Source: Erysipelotrichaceae bacterium OH741_COT-311
GTDB lineage: Bacteria > Bacillota_I > Bacilli_A > Erysipelotrichales > Erysipelotrichaceae
Reading direction: 5' to 3'
Length of the DNA stretch: 32,000 nt
Assembly: GCA_003858585.1 (NCBI GenBank)
Contig: RQZE01000007.1
Coordinates: 30,001 to 62,000, forward strand
In this document: positions 25,403-32,000 of the stretch, piece by piece
How the letters are laid out: every line of letters begins with the position of its first letter
Position numbering within the stretch: position 1 is the first letter of the stretch
The notes under the pieces: generated by a model
Seen by the model: the letters and a program-made list of their open reading frames with translations, nothing else
Told to the model about the DNA's origin: nothing
The model's database searches: none
Translations under genes and position numbers: made by a program

Positions 25403-25413
25403 ATTTTATCACA
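25403..25413 (-). promoter_or_regulatory. candidate extended -10 promoter for the flavoprotein gene
   Basis: Minus strand: TG-TG-A-TAAAAT (25413-25403), about 28 nt upstream of the ATG at 25374. AAGGAG RBS. The -35 (TAGAAT) is poor. Confidence 0.4.
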
Positions 25414-25439
25414 TTTAAAAAATAATTCTATATAAATTA

Positions 25440-26936
25440 TTATTTTTTAAACATTCCTAGAATTCCTCTAAAAATAGCCTTTCCTGTTTCTCTACCAATT
25501 GTGTTCATTGTTGTATCGATTGTTTTATCCAGCGCACTTTTTCTACGTCTAGTTGTTGATGTTGTTTTACTTGTTCTTGCTTTTTCTTTACGAACTTTTT
25601 CAGCCTCTTTTTCTCTTTGAGCAGCAAGTTCCTCTTTTTCTTTTTCAAACGCAATTTTTTCTTTTAAATGCGTGATTTTTTCATACGCACTTACATTATC
25701 AACGGTTGTTTCATACTTACCATAAAGGCTACTTTGCTTAATTACTTGATTTCTAGTTTGATCATCAATCATACCCATATAACTGGACGGAGGTAAAATC
25801 TTAGTCTTTTGAACTACTGTTGGTGCACCACCGGCATCTAAAACAGAAACCAATGCCGTGCCTGTTGACATATTTGAAATGGTTTCAATCGTATCTAAAT
25901 CCGGATTGCTTCTAAATGATTCTGCAGCTAGTCTTACTGCCTTTATTTCACTTGGTGTATAAGCACGCAAAGCATGTTGGATTCGATTTGAACATTGTGC
26001 TAAGACTGCATTTGGAATATCAGTCGGACTTTGCGTGATAAAGAAAATACCAATTCCTTTTGAACGTATCAACTTAACAATTTGTTCAATTTTATTCATT
26101 AATACTTTTGGTGCATCATCAAAAAGTAAATGTGCTTCATCAAAGAAGAAGACCATTTTAGGTTTTTCTAAATCTCCTACTTCCGGTAGTGTTTCATACA
26201 ATTCTCCAAGCATCCACAATAAAAAGGTTGAATAAAGTGTAGGACTTAAGAAAAGACGATCACAATGTAAGATATTCATAACACCTTTTTGTTGTTCTGT
26301 TGCCAACCAATCATTAATATTTAAATCAGGTTGTCCAAAAAATAAGTCTCCACCTTCTTGTTGTAACACTAAAAGCTGTCTTAAAATGGCACCTACACTT
26401 TGCTTTGAGATATTACCATACTCAAGGGTATATTCACCGGCATGATCACTAATAAATTGCAACATAGACTTTAAATCTTTAATATCAATTAGTTCTAATT
26501 GCTTATCATCTGCAATTTTAAAGGCAATATTAAGAATCCCTGTTTGTGCTTCTGATAAGTTTAAAATACGACTTAAAAGCAATGGACCCATTTGTGATAC
26601 GGTAGTACGAATTGGATGTCCTTTTTCTTGATAAATGTCGTAGAAACGAACTGGAAATGCTTCAAACGGAAATTCCTGTATTCCCATTGATTCCAAACGA
26701 CCAGCAACCTTCTCAGCTTGTCCGGGTAGCACCATTCCACTTAAATCACCCTTAATATCTGCAATAAACGTTGGAATCCCTGCCTTAGATAAGGATTCTG
26801 CAATTACTTTTAAAGTAATAGTTTTCCCTGTACCACTTGCTCCAGCAATAATACCATGACGATTCATTTTGTTTAACTGCATCACGATTTCTAAATCATT
26901 TGCTTTTCCAAGTAAAATATTATTATCTTTTAACAT
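25440..26936 (-). CDS. HerA-like P-loop ATPase, DUF853 (YjgR) family
   Basis: 498 aa. Carries NRHGIIAGASGTGKT (Walker A), MVFFFDEAH (Walker B), FFITQSP and a Lys/Arg/Glu-rich C-terminal tail. The ATG lies 2 nt after the pheT stop, with an AAGAGG SD inside the pheT 3' end. Confidence 0.85.
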   Translation of the reverse strand: MLKDNNILLGKANDLEIVMQLNKMNRHGIIAGASGTGKTITLKVIAESLSKAGIPTFIADIKGDLSGMVLPGQAEKVAGRLESMGIQEFPFEAFPVRFYDIYQEKGHPIRTTVSQMGPLLLSRILNLSEAQTGILNIAFKIADDKQLELIDIKDLKSMLQFISDHAGEYTLEYGNISKQSVGAILRQLLVLQQEGGDLFFGQPDLNINDWLATEQQKGVMNILHCDRLFLSPTLYSTFLLWMLGELYETLPEVGDLEKPKMVFFFDEAHLLFDDAPKVLMNKIEQIVKLIRSKGIGIFFITQSPTDIPNAVLAQCSNRIQHALRAYTPSEIKAVRLAAESFRSNPDLDTIETISNMSTGTALVSVLDAGGAPTVVQKTKILPPSSYMGMIDDQTRNQVIKQSSLYGKYETTVDNVSAYEKITHLKEKIAFEKEKEELAAQREKEAEKVRKEKARTSKTTSTTRRRKSALDKTIDTTMNTIGRETGKAIFRGILGMFKK

Positions 26937-26938
26937 AA

Positions 26939-29320
26939 TTAACCTCTTAACACAGCATTCACTTTATGTTTTAAATTCTCTAGAATTTGATTGTGAACTT
27001 CATTGATTTCTTCTTCTTGTAAAGTATGATCATTTGCCTGATATGTTAATGCAATGGCAACTGACTTATATCCATCTTCAACATGGCTTCCTCGATAGAT
27101 ATCAAATATTTCAACATCACAAACATAATCATGAATCTTGATACAATTCATCAGATCTTTTGCACTTACTTCATCTTTGCAAACAAGGGCAATATCACGT
27201 TTTACACTTGGATATTTATCAATTGCTTTAAATTGTACTTTATCCGTTTTAATTTTATATAGATCATCTAAGTTGATTTCAGCATAGTATACTTCTTCAA
27301 GATCAAATTGACTTGCATATTCCGGATGAATTTGACCAAAACATCCAACTACAACATCATCGACATAAACATTACACACGCGATATGGATGAAAGATATT
27401 AACATCAATTTGCTGATCAACTTTAAAGCTTACACGATGTGCTTCATACCCCATTTTTTTAAATAAGTTAACAAGTAGTCCTTTTAAGACATAAAAATCA
27501 ACTTTAACTTCCATCTTAAATAAACGAGATTGATGTAAGTAATTACTTAAATAAATAGCTAAACGCTCTTTCACTTTTGTTGTTCCATATACATTCGATA
27601 TTTCAAAAAGATTAACATTATTGTTCTTACGTGCGACATTATAGTTTGCACATTCTAACACACTATTAATAAGTGAATTGCGAATAAATTTACGTTCATT
27701 TGACATAGGAGACAATAAAGCAACCGTATCATCAAATGGTAATACATTATGACTTGCATACTCTTGATTAATAAGGGTATATGTGACTATTTCATTAAGA
27801 CCGCTACTTGCTAAAAAGTTACGAATCAAACGACGATTTTGTTGTTTCTTATTTAATAAACCAACTGTTGCTTCCATTGTCGGCATTGTCGCTTGTAAGG
27901 AATCAAATCCAATTAAACGAATTACTTCTTCTGCAATATCTGCCGGAAGCTTGATATCACTTCGATAACTTGGTATCTTACAAGTTACAACTTCTTGGTT
28001 CCATTGTGGATAGAAATCTAAAGCCTCTAAAACACGATGCACTTCTTCTTTTAAAAAACTTGTCCCTAATAAACCATTTATATATGTTAAATCTGTTTCA
28101 ATCATAGTAGGAGTAAAACAATCTTGTTTAAACCAAACGGTTTCTTCTATTTCTTTAGCTCCGGCATACTTCACCAATAGATCCACACTTCGTAACATCG
28201 CTTTATTTAGTGCCTGTATATCAATCCCTTTTGTAAATCTCGTTGATGATTCTGTAAAAAGATTTAAACGCTTGCTTGTTCTACGAATGTTTACTGAATG
28301 AAACGAGGCAGCTTCTATGACAATTCCTTTTGTATCCATCGTAATTTTACTATCATTTCCACCCATAATCCCTGCAATACCAACAGGTTTATTTTGATTA
28401 AAAATCATAATATCTTCTTTTTCAATTTGATATGAATTCCCATCTAATGCTGTATAAATTCCACTATAGTCATCTTTTACAACAAGATGATCGTGTATGA
28501 TATTTAAGTCATAAAAATGTAAAGGTTGTCCCGTTTCTAACATTACATAGTTAGAAATATCGACAATGTTATTAATTGATTTAATCCCTACCGCTTCAAG
28601 ATGACGCTTCATCCATAGTGGAGATTCTTTTATTTCAACATGATGAATTACCTTAGCTAAAAAATTATGACATGCCTCTGTAAGAACATCTACTTTAAAT
28701 GTTGATTTAGCTTCATATTCAGTCATACTTAATGAGGGAAGCATTACTTTACGATTTAAAATCGCTCCAATTTCCTTTGCCATATTAAAAATACCATTAC
28801 AATCACTTCGATTTGGAGTAAGTCCTACATCAATAATAAAATCATCATAACCTAAATATTCTAATACATTCGAATTCCCTACCAAAGCATCTTCCGGTAA
28901 TTCTTCAATACCTGATAGTTGATGTTCACTTAGATATTTTGTATTTACACCTAATTCTTTTAATGAACATAGCATACCAAACGATTCTACACCTCTTAAT
29001 TTTGCCTTTTTAATTTCAATATTCGGTAATTTTGCTCCAACTTTAGCCACAATAACCTTTAAGCCAGTACGAGCATTTTTTGCACCACAAACAATTTGTA
29101 AGACTTCTTCTTTAATATCTACCTTACATACATGAAGATGATCAGAATCTTGATGTTTTTGACAATCTATAATTTCTCCAATCACTAAGTTGGTTCCACT
29201 GGCAAGTGGCGTAATCGCTTCTACTTCCATACCGGCTGCTGTCATCTTTTCCGCAAGATTATACACATTAATATCTTTTAAATCGACATATTCTTTTAAC
29301 CAATTATAACTATATTTCAT
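26939..29320 (-). CDS. pheT: phenylalanine--tRNA ligase beta subunit
   Basis: 793 aa. N-terminal MKYSYNWLKEYV plus a tRNA-binding domain, then B3/4, B5 and FDX-ACB-like regions. It lies immediately downstream of pheS. Confidence 0.95.
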   Translation of the reverse strand: MKYSYNWLKEYVDLKDINVYNLAEKMTAAGMEVEAITPLASGTNLVIGEIIDCQKHQDSDHLHVCKVDIKEEVLQIVCGAKNARTGLKVIVAKVGAKLPNIEIKKAKLRGVESFGMLCSLKELGVNTKYLSEHQLSGIEELPEDALVGNSNVLEYLGYDDFIIDVGLTPNRSDCNGIFNMAKEIGAILNRKVMLPSLSMTEYEAKSTFKVDVLTEACHNFLAKVIHHVEIKESPLWMKRHLEAVGIKSINNIVDISNYVMLETGQPLHFYDLNIIHDHLVVKDDYSGIYTALDGNSYQIEKEDIMIFNQNKPVGIAGIMGGNDSKITMDTKGIVIEAASFHSVNIRRTSKRLNLFTESSTRFTKGIDIQALNKAMLRSVDLLVKYAGAKEIEETVWFKQDCFTPTMIETDLTYINGLLGTSFLKEEVHRVLEALDFYPQWNQEVVTCKIPSYRSDIKLPADIAEEVIRLIGFDSLQATMPTMEATVGLLNKKQQNRRLIRNFLASSGLNEIVTYTLINQEYASHNVLPFDDTVALLSPMSNERKFIRNSLINSVLECANYNVARKNNNVNLFEISNVYGTTKVKERLAIYLSNYLHQSRLFKMEVKVDFYVLKGLLVNLFKKMGYEAHRVSFKVDQQIDVNIFHPYRVCNVYVDDVVVGCFGQIHPEYASQFDLEEVYYAEINLDDLYKIKTDKVQFKAIDKYPSVKRDIALVCKDEVSAKDLMNCIKIHDYVCDVEIFDIYRGSHVEDGYKSVAIALTYQANDHTLQEEEINEVHNQILENLKHKVNAVLRG

Positions 29321-29331
29321 TGTTTTTCTCC

Positions 29332-30366
29332 TTAATCAAAACGATGGAACATTTTTAAGAAACGAATATCATTGATATAAAAATTACGTATATCATCAAT
29401 ACCATATTTCAACATTGCAACACGTTCCAAACCAATTCCAAAGGCAAATCCGCTACACACTTCCGGATCAAAACCATTTGCTTTTAAAACATTTGGATGC
29501 ACCATACCTGCACCTAACACCTCAATAAATCCTGTTGATTTACAAACATTGCACCCTTGTCCATTACAGATATGACATGAAACATCAACTTCTACTGAAG
29601 GCTCTGTAAATGGAAAGTAAGAAGGTCTAAAACGAATGGTACGTCCTTGTCCAAATAAGTGATTTGCCATGTATTGCAATGTTCCTTTTAAATCACTTAA
29701 TGTAATGTTTTTACCAACTACTAAGCCTTCTGCTTGCATAAATTGATGTGAATGTGTCGCATCATCATCATCACGACGATACACTTTCCCAGGACAAATT
29801 AATTTAATCGGCAACTTACCATTTGCCTTTTCTAACTCACGCATTTGTATCGCTGTTGTATGCGTTCTTAACAATACTTCCGGATTAATATAAAACGTAT
29901 CTTGCATATCACGAGCCGGATGATTCTTAGGCGTATTTGCTTTTTCAAAGTTATAAATATCTAATTCAATCTCCGGTCCTTCCGCTACTTGATAACCCAT
30001 CCCTAAGAATAAATCTTCGATTTCTTGTGTAATCATGGTTAAAGGATGAATCGTACCTAATGTACTTTGATAACCTTGCAATGTAATATCAATCTTTTCT
30101 TTTTCAAGATTTTCCAGCATCGCTTGTTGTTTTAAGATCATCATCTTTTCATCAATACGTGCTGTCAATTCTTGTTTTAATTCATTCACTTTTGCTCCAA
30201 GTTTTGGTTTTTCTTCATTCGGTAATTCTTTCATTAAATTCATCAAGTTAGCAACATGACCTTTTTTACCTAAATACTCAATACGTATTTGATTGACTTC
30301 TTCTACTTGTTTTGCTGATTCAATGAAATCTATCGCTTGCTGTTTAAGTTGCTGTATTTTCTCCAT
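29332..30366 (-). CDS. pheS: phenylalanine--tRNA ligase alpha subunit
   Basis: 344 aa. Class II motifs [23 protein letters not shown] and [17 protein letters not shown]. Confidence 0.95.
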   Translation of the reverse strand: MEKIQQLKQQAIDFIESAKQVEEVNQIRIEYLGKKGHVANLMNLMKELPNEEKPKLGAKVNELKQELTARIDEKMMILKQQAMLENLEKEKIDITLQGYQSTLGTIHPLTMITQEIEDLFLGMGYQVAEGPEIELDIYNFEKANTPKNHPARDMQDTFYINPEVLLRTHTTAIQMRELEKANGKLPIKLICPGKVYRRDDDDATHSHQFMQAEGLVVGKNITLSDLKGTLQYMANHLFGQGRTIRFRPSYFPFTEPSVEVDVSCHICNGQGCNVCKSTGFIEVLGAGMVHPNVLKANGFDPEVCSGFAFGIGLERVAMLKYGIDDIRNFYINDIRFLKMFHRFD

Positions 30367-30377
30367 ACTTTCCTCCT

Positions 30378-30583
30378 AAAATAAAAAGTCATTCCAAAGG
30401 AACGACTAGCGTGGTACCATCCTAATTCATATAACATGCACTTTATTGTAGATAACGGAACGACCCGGAATGTATTAAATTCACTATGTAGGCGAATTCA
30501 TAAATCACTAATGAAATCTTGCACCAACCGATTCCTCTCTTAAAATAGTTAATTTACTACTACTTCTACAATCAAAGTTTATC
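30378..30583 (-). promoter_or_regulatory. T-box leader (tRNA-Phe responsive transcription attenuator) of the pheS operon
   Basis: Minus strand: AGAGAGG (30540-30534), distal-loop GGTGCAA (30525-30519), and specifier loop GAA-TTC-G with the Phe codon UUC at 30496-30494. The T-box sequence AATTAGGATGGTACCACG (30427-30410) contains UGGU, complementary to the ACCA end of tRNA-Phe. The terminator AGTCGTTCC-TTT-GGAATGACT + TTTTTATTTT (30407-30378) directly precedes the AGGAGG RBS. Confidence 0.9.
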
Positions 30584-30589
30584 AATGAA

Positions 30590-30618
30590 ATTATATAATT
30601 AATACCTTTTAAATGCAA
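30590..30618 (-). promoter_or_regulatory. sigma-A promoter of the T-box/pheST operon
   Basis: Minus strand: TTGCAT (30618-30613), 17-nt spacer, TATAAT (30595-30590). It begins 8 nt after the ATPase stop codon. Confidence 0.7.
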
Positions 30619-30625
30619 CTATTGT

Positions 30626-32000
30626 CTATGCTTTATATTTGAGCCATTTTGCAATTTCTACAATCACTAATGGTAAAAATGCAAGCCCAATTGATACTAA
30701 TAAATTAGTCATAGATAAAGATGTTAAGCTAAATAAATTTGATAAAAATGGAATATTAATAATCATAACTTGTAAAAGGACACCCACTACAAAAGCATAG
30801 ATTAAATATTTATTATTAAACATAGTTTTATTTAATATACTTTTTTCTGACTTCACATTAAATGAATGTACCAATTGACCTAACGATAATGTTACAAATG
30901 CCATAGTCATCGCTACTGCATGTGATGTTTGTAATCCATACATATACGCAGATAACGTAATTAAGCCTATCATAATTCCTTGCCAAATAATTGTAAAGCC
31001 TAAACCGCCAGCAAAGAAAGATTCATTTTTAGGACGTGGCTTTTGATGCATGACATTTTCAGGTTGTTCCATACCAATGGCAAAAGCCGGTAGTGAATCC
31101 GTAATTAAGTTTACCCATAATAAATGAATTGGAAGTAATGGAATTCCCATATTTAAGCCCGGTATTAACCCTAAAAGACTTGCTAAAAAGATGGTAATGA
31201 CTTCTCCGATATTACTAGATAATAAGAATTGAACATCTTTTTTGATATTGGCATAAATACCACGACCTTGTTTTACCGCAGCAATAATCGTCGCAAAGTT
31301 ATCATCTGTTAAAATCATATCTGCAGCATTTTTAGAAACATCAGTTCCGGTAATTCCCATGGCACAACCAATATCTGCACTCTTTAATGCTGGAGAATCA
31401 TTCACTCCATCTCCTGTCATCGCTACTACTTGTTGTAGTTTTTGCCATGTATTCACAATACGCACTTTATGTTCCGGTGCAACACGAGCATACACCGTAA
31501 TATGTTTAATTTCTTCTAACAACGCTTCATCACTGATTTCATCTAACTGCTGCCCAGTAATCGCATGATCTCCTTCATTAAAAATTCCTAAATCAGCTGC
31601 AATCGCTTTGGCTGTTGTTAGGTGATCTCCTGTAATCATAATTGTTTTAATACCACCACTTTTTGCTTGAGCAATCGCATCTTTTACTTCCAATCGAGGT
31701 GGATCAATCATACCTACTAAACCAACAAACGTTAAATCATGTTCTACCGATTCATCAATCACTTCAGGCATTACTTCATACTGTTTAATTCCTAACGCTA
31801 GTACACGTAACGCTTGATTCGCCATTGTTTCATTAGCTTGTAGTGCATCGAACAACTCTTCTTTACATCTAGAAATTACAACATCTGGAGCACCTTTTGT
31901 TAATTGTAATACTCCATGTTCTGTTTGAAAGAAAACACTCATCATCTTTCTTGAAGAATCAAAAGCAACTTCATCTACACGTTTATAAATAGAATTTAAT
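30626..32000 (-). CDS. P-type ATPase, Ca2+-transporting (P2A/YloB-like), C-terminal part; the N-terminus lies beyond the window end
   Basis: The frame stays open upstream of the track's Met (reverse complement of 31946-31999 reads LNSIYKRVDEVAFDSSRK-MMSVFF). Motifs: MITGDH, MTGDGVNDSPALK, SSNIGEVITIF and NLITDSLPA (SERCA-type Ca2+ site residues N/E and N/T/D). Confidence 0.9.
   Translation of the reverse strand, partial: LNSIYKRVDEVAFDSSRKMMSVFFQTEHGVLQLTKGAPDVVISRCKEELFDALQANETMANQALRVLALGIKQYEVMPEVIDESVEHDLTFVGLVGMIDPPRLEVKDAIAQAKSGGIKTIMITGDHLTTAKAIAADLGIFNEGDHAITGQQLDEISDEALLEEIKHITVYARVAPEHKVRIVNTWQKLQQVVAMTGDGVNDSPALKSADIGCAMGITGTDVSKNAADMILTDDNFATIIAAVKQGRGIYANIKKDVQFLLSSNIGEVITIFLASLLGLIPGLNMGIPLLPIHLLWVNLITDSLPAFAIGMEQPENVMHQKPRPKNESFFAGGLGFTIIWQGIMIGLITLSAYMYGLQTSHAVAMTMAFVTLSLGQLVHSFNVKSEKSILNKTMFNNKYLIYAFVVGVLLQVMIINIPFLSNLFSLTSLSMTNLLVSIGLAFLPLVIVEIAKWLKYKA

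Noticed and set aside
25421-25439. ATAATT...AATTAT inverted repeat + T-run after the DUF853 stop as a terminator
   Set aside because: The stem is only 6 bp and entirely A/T, and it overlaps the stop codon. It is too weak to call, so read-through into the flavoprotein promoter region cannot be excluded.
25440-26936. HerA-like ATPase as a defence-system component
   Set aside because: No Sir2, DUF4297, nuclease or other partner gene is present. The sequence matches the stand-alone DUF853/YjgR family, and the gene is an integral cistron of the pheST operon.
3458-31568. Other antisense or shadow ORFs in the track: 3458-3703, 5015-5266, 6128-6376, 8768-8959, 11731-11925, 13242-13472, 15186-15503, 17211-17432, 18386-18571, 19837-20076, 22287-22607, 22932-23153, 23501-23713, 24986-25273, 26035-26235, 27783-27968 and 31359-31568
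   Set aside because: Each is nested in, or overlaps, a longer ORF on the opposite strand that has clear family motifs. None has a convincing SD or start context or any conserved-looking sequence.
1-32000. Search for CRISPR arrays, tRNA/rRNA genes, IS elements, integrases, long direct or inverted repeats, and use of genetic code 4
   Set aside because: The intergenic space totals only about 1.1 kb and is fully accounted for by promoters, terminators and the T-box. No repeat-spacer periodicity or transposase/integrase-like ORF was seen. TGA functions as a stop (13426, 20634, 22774, 11285), so the code is the standard bacterial one.

Overview
AT-rich, very gene-dense chromosomal segment of a low-GC Firmicute (gene content suggests Erysipelotrichia or Bacilli; this is a guess). 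By my gene calls only about 1.1 kb of the 32 kb is intergenic. I call 30 CDS, two of which run off the window, and 26 are on the minus strand. The code is standard: TGG encodes Trp, and TGA is used as a stop at several ATGA start/stop overlaps, so this is not the Mollicutes code. Content is mostly housekeeping. There are three peptidases (M29 PepS, PepF, PepT) and a ROK sugar kinase. A shikimate operon (aroB-aroC-aroE/aroK fusion-aroA-aroQ) continues without a terminator into a NusG-domain-II/Gx-transporter membrane pair. Further genes are pcrA, two RNA-modification enzymes, a VanY-type M15 peptidase, and an eight-gene mixed operon (DUF1349-pepT-fruK-thioredoxin-like lipoprotein-glutaredoxin-like-GNAT-cls-patatin). 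The rest are a monocistronic lipoprotein flavoprotein reductase with an FMN-binding domain, a Phe T-box leader driving pheS-pheT plus a HerA-like DUF853 ATPase, and the C-terminal part of a Ca2+-type P-type ATPase. I found no tRNA/rRNA genes, CRISPR arrays, IS or phage genes, or long repeats. There is no obvious defence island. The best candidates for under-described biology are: (1) the NusG_II/Gx module fused to the chorismate operon; (2) a dispersed set of extracytoplasmic redox/flavin proteins (flavinylatable reductase, CPFC lipoprotein, Cys-containing orphan lipoprotein); (3) the DUF853 ATPase under T-box control. All functional calls come from motif reading by eye; no database search was possible.
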